From an uncultured Verrucomicrobiae bacterium (GTDB lineage Bacteria > Verrucomicrobiota > Verrucomicrobiia > Chthoniobacterales > UBA10450): a DNA stretch of 64,000 nt. Each line of letters begins with the position of its first letter. Within the stretch, counting starts at the first letter, position 1. The translations under genes and the position numbers were made by a program. A model generated the notes under the pieces. It saw only the letters and a program-made list of their open reading frames with translations, was not told where the DNA came from and did no database searches. Shown here piece by piece: positions 50,359 through 60,123 of this stretch. The DNA lies in assembly GCA_963801815.1 (NCBI GenBank), contig CAWDGJ010000002.1, positions 352,001 through 416,000 of the forward strand. The letters run 5' to 3'.

Positions 50359-52415
50359 GACTTGTAAAATCTTGTTCCGTCGCGCGCGTGCTTCTTCAAA
50401 ATCTCGCACGGTTCAAATTTTTCTTCCCTCTGCGCGATCCGGTTCATTTCGTCGACCATGTTCTTCAAACCAAAATGTTCCGCGAATCGCAAAGGTCCGC
50501 CCCGAGTCGGCGCGAAGCCCGTTCCGAGAATCATTCCGTAATCGGCATCCTCGGGCGATTCGACCACTTTTTCTTCCACGCAACGCGCTGCTTCATTGAC
50601 CATCAGGAACATCAACCGGTTGGCAAGATCGCCTTCCACTTCTGCGTCGCCGCTCCGCCGCCATTGATTGAGCGATTCGTTGGGCGATTGCGTCTTACCT
50701 TCGTATTTGAAAAAACCGCCGCCACTCTTGCGCCCGAGCATTTTCGCCTCCCGCATCTTCGTCAGAATCGTGGCGGTGGAGTCACGTTTGCCGTAAGCTT
50801 TTTCCAGAGTCGTCGCAATGTCGATAGTCACGTCAATTCCGATTTCATCGATCAATCGAAGCGGGCCCATTGGCATTCCCCATTTCAACAGCGCGTTGTC
50901 AATTTTCTCTCCATCGATGCCGCTCTCGAAAAGCCCGGCCGCGTCGAGCAAGTAGGGAAACAGAACACGATTAACCAGGAATCCGGGACTGTCCCGGACG
51001 ACCACTGGAACCTTCATGACCTGGCGAACAAACGCCAAAGACTGCTCCTTCGTTACTTCCGACGTTTCCCTGGCAATAACAACCTCAACCAGTTTCATCC
51101 GGCTGACCGGATTGAAGAAATGCAAACCGATCACGTGATCGGGCGAGACGGTGCAATGCGCGAGTTCGCTCACTGGCAGGGCCGAGGTGTTCGTCGCGAC
51201 GATGGTTTTCGAGCCGGCCTGCATTGATAGCTCGCGAAAGATTTCCCGTTTGATTTCCATCTTTTCCGACGCGGCTTCGATCACGAACTGGACGTCGCGC
51301 AATTCCATCGGCGCGCAGGAAGCAACGATGCGTGACCGGCCCTGCGTCGCTTTCTCCTCGCTCATCAAGCCGCGTTTCACGGTGTCGTTGTAAATTTTTT
51401 CGATGTTGGCGAGGCCGCGATCGAGAAATTCGCGATTCACGTCGCGCAAAATCACGGTGACGCCACGCGAGCTGAGCCATTGCGCAATTCCGGAACCCAT
51501 CACGCCGGCGCCAATGACTGCTGCGTGCATCACTTTTGGAAACTCGGTTTTGGAAGCGCTTTTCTTATATTTTTCGGCGAGAAAAAAATTCCGGATCAAG
51601 TTCTGAGTGGATTCCGTTTTGCCAAGATCAACAATCGCCTCCAATTCCAAACCCAACGATTCGTCGACCGAGTTACGGCTGGCGGCATTGATAATCCCAA
51701 GTGCGCGCGCCTGCGCCGATTTCGGATCGGATGGAAGGGTCGTCTTTGCTTGCGACGCCGAAGCTTTTGCGGGCGCGCGCTTCCCCTCACCAAGTTTGCG
51801 GCGCGCGGCCTCGAGAAGTTTTTCCCTCGGCGCAACTTCATCGACCAGACCAAGCCTTAAGGCTTCGCTGGCTGAGTAAAGTTTGCCTTTCAAGATCACT
51901 TCCGCGGCGTTGGCCTCACCAATCAGTCGAGGCAAACGTGTGCTGCCGCCCCAAGCCGGAATCAAGCCGAGCGTCGTTTCCGGTAAACCGATTCGGGTCG
52001 CTGGTTCGTCCGAGGCGACCCGCCAATCACAAGCCAGGGTAACTTCGTAACCGCCGCCCGCAGTCGCGCCGTGAATCGCCGCTACCGTCGGGATCTTGAG
52101 CGCGGCGATTCGATTGAATACGCGCTGACCTTCGGCAATGAACCCGCGCATCTCACCCGTCGGCGCCTGTTTCAACAGGGTTTTCAAATCGGCGCCGGCG
52201 ATGAAGATCGATTTCTTCGCTGAGGTAATGATCAAACCGCGCAATGAGCTGTCGCGTTCGATCACATCGACGTGTTCGCTCAACTCGCTCATGGTCGCGG
52301 CATCGAAAATGTTCGCGCCCGATTCGGGCCGATCGAAGGTCAAAATGCACACGCGGTCATCGCCTATTTCGCGTTGAATAAGTCCGCTTGTAGCAACCGA
52401 GGGCATTCCATTCAT
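50355..52415 (-). CDS. fadB: Fatty-acid oxidation complex alpha subunit (enoyl-CoA hydratase + 3-hydroxyacyl-CoA dehydrogenase)
   Basis: FIAGAD, GGGYE, GLPE, GAGVMG, ATNTSAL, HFFNP, PGFLVNR. Confidence 0.9.
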   Translation of the reverse strand: MNGMPSVATSGLIQREIGDDRVCILTFDRPESGANIFDAATMSELSEHVDVIERDSSLRGLIITSAKKSIFIAGADLKTLLKQAPTGEMRGFIAEGQRVFNRIAALKIPTVAAIHGATAGGGYEVTLACDWRVASDEPATRIGLPETTLGLIPAWGGSTRLPRLIGEANAAEVILKGKLYSASEALRLGLVDEVAPREKLLEAARRKLGEGKRAPAKASASQAKTTLPSDPKSAQARALGIINAASRNSVDESLGLELEAIVDLGKTESTQNLIRNFFLAEKYKKSASKTEFPKVMHAAVIGAGVMGSGIAQWLSSRGVTVILRDVNREFLDRGLANIEKIYNDTVKRGLMSEEKATQGRSRIVASCAPMELRDVQFVIEAASEKMEIKREIFRELSMQAGSKTIVATNTSALPVSELAHCTVSPDHVIGLHFFNPVSRMKLVEVVIARETSEVTKEQSLAFVRQVMKVPVVVRDSPGFLVNRVLFPYLLDAAGLFESGIDGEKIDNALLKWGMPMGPLRLIDEIGIDVTIDIATTLEKAYGKRDSTATILTKMREAKMLGRKSGGGFFKYEGKTQSPNESLNQWRRSGDAEVEGDLANRLMFLMVNEAARCVEEKVVESPEDADYGMILGTGFAPTRGGPLRFAEHFGLKNMVDEMNRIAQREEKFEPCEILKKHARDGTRFYKS

Positions 52416-52503
52416 ATAGGGTTATTTCCGGCAAATTCCAAGTGCGGAACGATTGCTCTTGATTGGGCGCAGTGATACAAAACTCGGGCGCGCGGAGGTC
52501 ATT

Positions 52504-53886
52504 ATGGTCGGCAAACTTTTAGCACCCGAAATCAGGAGCCTGATTGACGGGCGCGATTTCAACGGCCTGCGCGAGCTGTTCAAGGAATGGCCGCCGGCCG
52601 ATGTCGCGGACGTCATTCTCGATCTTCCAGAAGACGACCAGGTAATTATCTTCCGGGTGTTGCCGGCCGCCCTGGCCGCGGACGTTTTCGAATACATCGG
52701 GATCGAAGAGCAGCAAAATTTGCTGCATGCCATGGCCCACGAACAGGTCGTTGCGATCCTGAATGAAATGTCCCCGGACGATCGGACTGCTCTACTCGAA
52801 GAGTTGCCGAGCGAAGCGGCGCGACAGTTGATCAAACTTCTCACGCCGGACGAGCGCCGGGTTGCCCAATCGCTTCTGGGTTATCCCGAAGGCAGCGTCG
52901 GCCGATTGATGACCCCGGACTTCATCGCCGTGCACGAGGATTGGACAGTCCAACAGGTTCTCGATTTCGTCCGCGAATTCGGCCGGGACCGCGAGACGTT
53001 GAACATCATTTACGTGGTCGATGAGCACAACAAGCTGATCGACGACGTCCGGATCCGGGAATTTCTCCTGCGACCATTGAGCACGAAGGTGAGCGAAATT
53101 CGCGACCGCAACTTTGTGTCGTTGAAGGTGACCGACACCCAGGAAGACGCGCTCAATCTGTTCCGCAAGTATGATCGGGCCGCGTTGCCGGTGCTTGATT
53201 CCAGCGGCGTGCTCGTCGGGATCGTGACTAGCGATGACATGCTCGACGTCGCCGAAGAACAGGCCACCGAGGACATTCAAAAACTCGGCGGTATGGAAGC
53301 TCTCGACGAGCCCTACACAACGATCCCGTTTGCGCGGATGGTAAAAAAGCGCGCTACCTGGCTCATCCTTCTCTTTCTCGGCGAAATGCTGACCGCAACC
53401 GCAATGCAGGGTTACAACAGCGAAATCGAAAAGGCGGCAATCCTCGCGATGTTTCTGCCCCTAATCATTTCCAGCGGCGGCAACTCCGGCTCGCAGGCGA
53501 CGACGCTGGTGATTCGGGCGATGGCTTTGGGCGAGCTGAACTTGCGCGACTGGTTTCGTGTTGTGCGCAAAGAGCTCGTCTCCGGTTTGTCGCTCGGCAT
53601 CATTCTCGGAACAATCGGGTTTTTCCGAATCAGTTTGTGGCAATACCTGCACATTTTTGATTACGGCCAATATCATTGGCTTGTCGCGATAACGGTTGGC
53701 GTCGCGTTAGTCGGCGTCGTCTTATGGGGAACGATCAGTGGCTCAATGTTACCATTTTTGCTGCGCCGTTGTGGGCTCGATCCGGCGGCATCATCAGCCC
53801 CGTTCGTCGCGACCCTGGTTGATGTCACCGGCCTGATTATTTATTTCAACGTGGCCCTGTTCATTCTTCGCGGCACGCTGCTATAA
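52504..53886 (+). CDS. mgtE: Magnesium transporter MgtE
   Basis: N-domain, CBS pair, SGGNSGSQA, LDPAASSAPFVATLVDVTG. Confidence 0.95.
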   Translation: MVGKLLAPEIRSLIDGRDFNGLRELFKEWPPADVADVILDLPEDDQVIIFRVLPAALAADVFEYIGIEEQQNLLHAMAHEQVVAILNEMSPDDRTALLEELPSEAARQLIKLLTPDERRVAQSLLGYPEGSVGRLMTPDFIAVHEDWTVQQVLDFVREFGRDRETLNIIYVVDEHNKLIDDVRIREFLLRPLSTKVSEIRDRNFVSLKVTDTQEDALNLFRKYDRAALPVLDSSGVLVGIVTSDDMLDVAEEQATEDIQKLGGMEALDEPYTTIPFARMVKKRATWLILLFLGEMLTATAMQGYNSEIEKAAILAMFLPLIISSGGNSGSQATTLVIRAMALGELNLRDWFRVVRKELVSGLSLGIILGTIGFFRISLWQYLHIFDYGQYHWLVAITVGVALVGVVLWGTISGSMLPFLLRRCGLDPAASSAPFVATLVDVTGLIIYFNVALFILRGTLL

Positions 53887-53943
53887 ACGGGTTCTAAACG
53901 CGGGAGGCATTGGGCCCGCGCATGAGATTCTCGCGACTTATTT

Positions 53944-56598
53944 ATGAGCAACAAAGAAGCGACCCACGGCGCGGGCGTTTCCAAGCAGATTGACGAACTG
54001 GCGACGATCAGTGTCGAAGAACTTTTCCAACGGCTCGGCACGTCTGAGGCCGGCTTGAGTGAAGAGGAAGCTGAGAAAAGGCTGGATCAATTCGGTCCAA
54101 ACGAGGTTGCCGCGGAGAAAGAGCACACCTGGGTTTACCGGTTGTTTACCGCGAGCCGCAATCCGTTGGTGATTCTGCTGACGGTGCTGGCCACCATTTC
54201 GTATGCGACGGGCGATTTCCGCGCGGGCACGGTCATGCTGTTGATGGTTATTCTCGGATTGTCTCTCCGCTTTGTTCAGGAAAGCCGCGCGGACGCGGCG
54301 GCGCGAAATTGAAAGCGATGATCAGCGTCACCGCGACGGTCGTCCGCGACGGACAGGCCAGGGAAATACCGCTCAGCCAGCTTGTTCCCGGCGACATCGT
54401 TCACTTATCCGCCGGCGACATGATTCCCGGCGACGTGCGACTGATCTCCGCCAAGGATCTGTTCATCATTCAGGCCACGCTGACCGGCGAATCGATGCCG
54501 GTGGAAAAAATCGACGCGCCGGACACGCGCGCGGGCGTGGGTCTGTTCGAACGCAGCAACGTCTGTTTTCTCGGCACGAGCGTCGAGAGCGGCACGGCCA
54601 CGGCGGTCATCATCGCGACCGGCTCGCAGACCTATTTCGGCAAGATGGCCCGCAGCCTCGCCGGCCAGCAGGTGGAAACGAGCTTCGACCGCGGGGTAAA
54701 GAAATTCACCTGGCTGATGATCCGTTTCATGCTGGTGATGGTGCCGCTGGTTTTCCTCATCAACGGCCTGACGAAGCACAATTGGAAGGACGCGTTTTTC
54801 TTTTCGATGGCGGTGGCGGTCGGCCTCACGCCGGAAATGCTGCCGATGATTGTCTCGGTCTGCCTGTCCAAAGGCGCGCTGGCGATGTCGAGCAAGAAGG
54901 TCATCGTCAAGCGGCTCAACTCCATCCAGAACTTCGGCGCGATGGACGTGCTCTGCACCGACAAGACCGGCACGCTGACGATGGATCACGTCATTCTCGA
55001 ACTGCACTGCGACGTTTTCAAAAACGAAAGCGAGGAGGTGCTGCGCGACGCCTATCTCATCAGCCATTTCCAGACCGGCCTGAAAAACGTGCTCGACCGC
55101 GCCGTGCTGAAATACACGGAACTGCACAACGAGCTTTCGCTCGAGAAATACGCGAAGATCGACGAAATCCCGTTCGATTTTTCGCGCCGGATGATGTCGG
55201 TGGTCGTCGAAGGGCCGAACGGCGAGCGCCAACTGCTGACCAAGGGCGCGCCGGAAGCGGTGTTCACCAAATGCACGCATTTCGAAGAGCGAAGGCGAGA
55301 TTTTTCCGATGGAGCCGATCCTGGTCGGCGATCTCGTCGAAGAGGTCAATGAATTGAGCGAAGACGGCTTCCGCGTGCTGGCCGTCGCCACCAAAAAGGT
55401 AGAGAAACGCGCGGCCTATTCCAAGGCCGATGAAGACGAACTGGTCCTGACCGGCTATCTCGCGTTTCTCGATCCGCCCAAGGAGACCGCCGTCCACAGC
55501 CATTACCGCGCTGCGCCAGAACGGCGTCACCGTGAAGGTGCTGACCGGCGACAACGATCTTGTCACGCGCAAGGTCTGCAGCGAAGTCGGCATTAACGCG
55601 GAAAAAATTCTGCTCGGCAACCAGGTCGAAAAGATGACGGACGAGCAACTGGCCGAGCTGGTGGACCGGACAGACGTTTTCGCGCGACTTTCGCCCGCGC
55701 ACAAGCAACGAGTCGTGAAGGCGCTTCAGACAAAAAGGCCACGTCGTCGGGTTCATGGGCGACGGCATCAACGACGCGCCGGCGCTGCGCGCCGCCGACG
55801 TGGGCATCTCCGTGGACAACGCGGTGGACATCGCCAAGGAATCGGCCGACATGATTTTGCTGGAGAAAAGTTTGATGGTGCTGGAGGAGGGCGTGCTGGA
55901 AGGCCGCAAGGTGTTCGTGAACATCTTGAAATACATCCGCATGGGCGCCAGCTCCAATTTCGGCAACATGTTCAGCGTGCTCGGCGCGAGCGCGTGGCTT
56001 CCTTTCGTGCCGATGCAGCCGATCCAGGTGCTGACGAACAATCTGCTTTACGATTTTTCGCAGGTGCCGATTCCGACCGACAACGTCGGTCCGCAGCAAA
56101 TCACCAAGCCGCGCCCGTGGCATATGGGCGAGATCGCAAAATTCATCGTTTTCATCGGTCCGATCAGTTCCATTTTCGATTACACGACCTACGCCATGAT
56201 GTGGTTTGTTTTCAAATGCAACGATCTCGACCTGGTGCCACCGGCGGAACTCGCCGCGCGCTTCGCCAATTACTGCCGGCCCGGAACAAACCTACGCCGC
56301 CGCGCTGTTTCACACCGGCTGGTTTGTCGAATCGCTGATGACCCAGACGCTCATCATCCACGTCATTCGCACCAACCTGATTCCGTTCATCCAATCGCGC
56401 GCCAGTTGGCAACTCACGATGACCACGATCATCATCATGGCCATTGGCGCGTATCTGCCCTATTCGCCGCTGGCGACCTCTCTGGGCTTTGTGCCGCTGC
56501 CGCCACGCTATTGGCCGCTCCTGCTCTTGACCTTGATCTGCTATGTCGGACTGACGCAAGTCATCAAGACCTGGCTCATCCGTAAGACTTGGGTTTGA
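53944..56598 (+). CDS. mgtA: Magnesium-translocating P-type ATPase; about five frameshifts
   Basis: [59 protein letters not shown]. Confidence 0.92.
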
Positions 56599-56613
56599 AA
56601 AAATTGCACTCGA

Positions 56614-57288
56614 ATGAAAAGCGTTGCCCGCATCGGATTGGCTCTCGCGATCGTGCTCGGGCTCCTGTCATCTGCGCGTGCCACCACCAAAGGTCTCAGC
56701 CAAATCGTCACGCCTGATCTTCAAGACGAAGGCGATTTGTCCTTGAGCCTGCAAATTCAGGACAAGCGAATCGCGAATCCCTATGAATTGCAGGCAGAGC
56801 TAGGAATCACAAAATGGGCCGAGGCTGCGGTGTTTCGCGGATTCGATCCCGACGACTGGATTTTCGGGACTGAAATCGGATTGATCCAAAAGGAGCCATG
56901 GTTGCTGTCGGTCGGATTCGTCAACTGGTCGCCGCATCTCGATGTCGATCCTCAGCCGTACATCGAGGCCGGTTATTACACCGAGCACAACAAATTCATC
57001 GTCGGCGGGATTCATGCCGGCTACAAAAACGAAGCGATCCTCGGTTACGCCTACGATTTCAATAAACAATGGCGGGTCCAGGTCGATTTTCAGAGCGGTA
57101 AGGAAAACTCATCCACCATCGGTTTCACCTGGAACATCACTCCGGATTTTCAAGTGAACCCGGCGATCTACTTCGCGAACTATCATCCGGACCGAATCAT
57201 GGGCTACGTCGTTTTCACCTACACATTTCATCTTTGGGCAAACAAAGAAAAAACGGGTGAAGCTGCGATACCGGGCCTGGCCAAATGA
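56614..57288 (+). CDS. Secreted / outer-membrane beta-barrel-like hypothetical protein
   Basis: Signal peptide ending ARA; alternating aromatic strands. Confidence 0.7.
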   Translation: MKSVARIGLALAIVLGLLSSARATTKGLSQIVTPDLQDEGDLSLSLQIQDKRIANPYELQAELGITKWAEAAVFRGFDPDDWIFGTEIGLIQKEPWLLSVGFVNWSPHLDVDPQPYIEAGYYTEHNKFIVGGIHAGYKNEAILGYAYDFNKQWRVQVDFQSGKENSSTIGFTWNITPDFQVNPAIYFANYHPDRIMGYVVFTYTFHLWANKEKTGEAAIPGLAK

Positions 57289-57471
57289 CACCCGGCTGAG
57301 GCCGGTCGCTTACTTCGCGGCTTGTTTCCCAACGTGCCGGTTACCGGATTGATCGGCTATCTCTTCGAACGCCTCGCCGGATAAGGAAAAAAGGAGAAAT
57401 ACGAATCAGGAAAACAGGAACGCAGGAGACAGAATAAAATGAAATTCCTTCCTGATTTCCTGCTTTTCTGA

Positions 57472-57798
57472 TCAGAGATTTTCTGGTGGCTTGATCCCGA
57501 ACTGCTCGAACATTTTCTTAATTCGTTCGCGTTTCTCCGGCGTATCCAACTTGGCCTCGTCCGGATTCTCCGCCCAAAAGAGCACGTCGCGATAATCGCG
57601 TTTCGCAATTGCGACGAACTCGCGCAGCTTTTCCTCGTTTCCCTCGCTCAGTTTCAAAATCGCGATCTGCACCCGCTCGCGTTCGCGCTCGTACGATTCA
57701 ACGCCGTAAGTGTCGAGCACCTCCAGCACGCGCGCCTGAGCGCTCTCCGGAAAACTCTTCTGAACAACTACAACAACTTCGTCGCGTGAATGTGGCAT
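57472..57798 (-). CDS. Hypothetical protein
   Basis: ERERVQIAILKLSEGN...AKRDYRDVLFWAE helical protein. Confidence 0.7.
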   Translation of the reverse strand: MPHSRDEVVVVVQKSFPESAQARVLEVLDTYGVESYERERERVQIAILKLSEGNEEKLREFVAIAKRDYRDVLFWAENPDEAKLDTPEKRERIKKMFEQFGIKPPENL

Positions 57799-57804
57799 GA
57801 AAGC

Positions 57805-58500
57805 TCAGCGCGGACCCGAAGCGCGCTTCAAAAGCGCGTTCGCTTCTTTCTCAACTTTAGTCGCAAGCGCGGGACGATCTGCCGGTTTTAGCTCTGGATA
57901 ATCAAACAGACGAAATGCGATCCGTAGCAGTTCTGTGGTTTTTGCATTCGGACCCAAATCGAGTGGTGGACAATTTGCGATGAGCACTTTTCCATTGGGG
58001 TCTGTAACGATGAACACCTCGGTGGAACTATCTAGGACTATGTATCTGTCGGCATCCGCCAGCGGTCTTGCCTGCTGCAACATCGCAAGCCAGAGGCGAT
58101 GAATCAAAACGCCTGTCGATTCCGGGAGGGGAGCGTCATAGCGGTGAATCCTAATTGTTGCCGGATTGATTGGGCGCGTATTGCCGTAGCCATGCAAACA
58201 TTTTCGTAGGCTGATATCTGGTTGTGTTGCGCTGATCCAGTAACCACCCGGAAACCCATTCGATTTTCGAAGATCGCGGTAAATCGAGATTACAGTTTCG
58301 GGCCTGTTCTCGAACGCCGGCTGTTGGAAAAACCGAGCTACTTCACCGCGCGTAACGAACAACTATCTTTGAATTAGATTTTCATACTCGGTGAACCGCC
58401 CGAGTGAGACTAAGTGGTCGTCCGCTGAAGCCGCCTCAGTTGTGCAACTGGCAACCAGAATCGCGAGCATCACCGCGCTCGATAGAATTCGCGCGTTCAT
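57805..58500 (-). pseudogene. Putative lipoprotein interrupted by an in-frame TAG at 58365-58363
   Basis: MNARILSSAVMLAILVASC lipobox-like start in frame with the 185-aa ORF 57805-58362. Confidence 0.55.
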
Positions 58501-58518
58501 GGGGGAATTGATTGAAGA

Positions 58519-59553
58519 CTACTTTTTAATCGCGACCCATTCGTTCCGGGCGCGGGAGTCGGCCACGGCCTGGACGACGCGCATATAACGGACGCCATCT
58601 TCGAAGCTGGGTCGCGGCCGGTTGCGGCCTTTTGATTTCACCGCCGAGATGAAATCGTTTTCCACGCTCCACTCGGTCACCAGTTCTTTTGGAACGTTCA
58701 TCTCTTCCATTTCGCGGCCGCCGTACTTGACGCTGCGAACATGTTCGTTGGTGAAATCGTAAAGCAACGCGCCGCGGTCACCGAAAATTCGCAGCCGATC
58801 GTTGGGCGCGCCGGCATGCACGCCACTGAACTCGAGAACGCCCTCGGCCCCATTCTGGAAAAGGCAAAGCACATTCAACATGTCGGGAATGATCACGTGA
58901 TAACCGCGACGCTCGGCGTTCAGAATTTTTCCCCGCGCAAACACGCCGACGATGTCGCCGAGCCAGCGTTGCATCACTTCCACGTAAATCCCGAGCGTCA
59001 GCACGTTGAGGCCGCTGATTTCGATTTTCTGCCGCCAATGCGCCGGCGCTTCCGGATTCAAATACTGGCCGTTAAAACTTTGCATCCGAATGTCATGCGG
59101 TTTGCCGACGAAATTTTCGGCCAGCAATTTCTTGATCAACAGATCGGCGCGCATTCCGAACGGCGGCGGGCAAAGCATCGTGACCAGCTCGGGAAAACGC
59201 TTCGACGCCGCGAGCATTTCTTCTGCTTCAGCCAGGTCCATCGCCATACGCGCCTGACAGAAAACGTGTTTGCCGGCCTCGAGCGCGGAAATCGTCACCG
59301 CCGAATGCATGTAAGGCGGCGTGCCGATCCAGATGATGTCGAGGTCGGGTAACGCGAGCAGATCGGCCCAGTTCGCCATCGGCGTCGCACTCGGCAAATT
59401 CTCCTTACAAAACTTTTCGCTGCTTTCGTAAGTCGAGTTCGATACGGCAACGATGTCGACTTCGGGATTCTTTTTGAGCGCCGGCAGATGGCGCGTCTTC
59501 ACAATGCCGCCCGCCCCGACGATTCCGATTCTTAGTTTGTTCTTCTGCGTCAT
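58519..59553 (-). CDS. Gfo/Idh/MocA family oxidoreductase
   Basis: RIGIVGAGG, GTPPYMH, AGKHVFCQARMA. Confidence 0.9.
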   Translation of the reverse strand: MTQKNKLRIGIVGAGGIVKTRHLPALKKNPEVDIVAVSNSTYESSEKFCKENLPSATPMANWADLLALPDLDIIWIGTPPYMHSAVTISALEAGKHVFCQARMAMDLAEAEEMLAASKRFPELVTMLCPPPFGMRADLLIKKLLAENFVGKPHDIRMQSFNGQYLNPEAPAHWRQKIEISGLNVLTLGIYVEVMQRWLGDIVGVFARGKILNAERRGYHVIIPDMLNVLCLFQNGAEGVLEFSGVHAGAPNDRLRIFGDRGALLYDFTNEHVRSVKYGGREMEEMNVPKELVTEWSVENDFISAVKSKGRNRPRPSFEDGVRYMRVVQAVADSRARNEWVAIKK

Positions 59554-59564
59554 CTGTCTGAATC

Positions 59565-59653
59565 AACCACGAATAACCACTAATGAACACGAATAAGGAG
59601 GAATGTTCATTCTGTCACCATCAATTCGTGTTAATTCGTGTCCATTCGTGGTT
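59565..59653. repeat. Inverted cluster of ACACGAAT-type short repeats
   Basis: AACCACGAAT...ATTCGTGGTT; same family as 2964-3072. Confidence 0.75.
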
Positions 59654-59676
59654 AACAGTTTCTGCGAGCAAATCGG

Positions 59677-59704
59677 TTGACAAAGCGGCAGCGCGCGGCA
59701 TCTT
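59677..59704 (+). promoter_or_regulatory. Putative sigma70 promoter of rpmB
   Basis: TTGACA-16 nt-CATCTT. Confidence 0.4.
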
Positions 59705-59726
59705 GTGCGCCCCTCATCCAAGCACT

Positions 59727-59990
59727 ATGTCGAGAGTTTGTGACATTACCGGTTCGAGGCCAATGCGCGGCAGCACGATTCGCCGCCGCGGTATGGCCAA
59801 GAAAAAGGGCGGCGTTGGCCGGCACGTGACCAAGAATGTGCCGCGCTGGTTCGCGCCGAATCTGCACCAGCACCGTGTCTGGGTGCCCGAACTGAAAAAG
59901 TTCGTTCGGGTTCGCGTGACCGCACGCGGGCTGAAGACGATCAACAAAAACGGCGCTTACAAAGCGCTGAAAAAAGCCGGCGCAATTTAG
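59727..59990 (+). CDS. rpmB: 50S ribosomal protein L28
   Basis: MSRVCDITG, RWFAPNL, VTARGLKTINKNG; long PVC-type insertion. Confidence 0.95.
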   Translation: MSRVCDITGSRPMRGSTIRRRGMAKKKGGVGRHVTKNVPRWFAPNLHQHRVWVPELKKFVRVRVTARGLKTINKNGAYKALKKAGAI

Positions 59991-60123
59991 ATTTGTCTGG
60001 GGAGCGCACGCGCCTCGCGTGCTGGCGATCGCGCCCTCGCGATCGTAAATTTTTTCACGAATCGCAGAACGATTTCGGCGAGGCACCGAAATCGACACCC
60101 GAGGCGGGTGTGGTCCCCAGAAG

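Noticed and set aside
39370..56280. Programmed ribosomal frameshifting
   Set aside because: Too many events across unrelated genes, with no shared slippery site or stimulator
58363..58365. Pyrrolysine or recoded TAG
   Set aside because: Single instance; TAG serves as a normal stop in other genes here (e.g. rpsR, rpmB); no pyl genes
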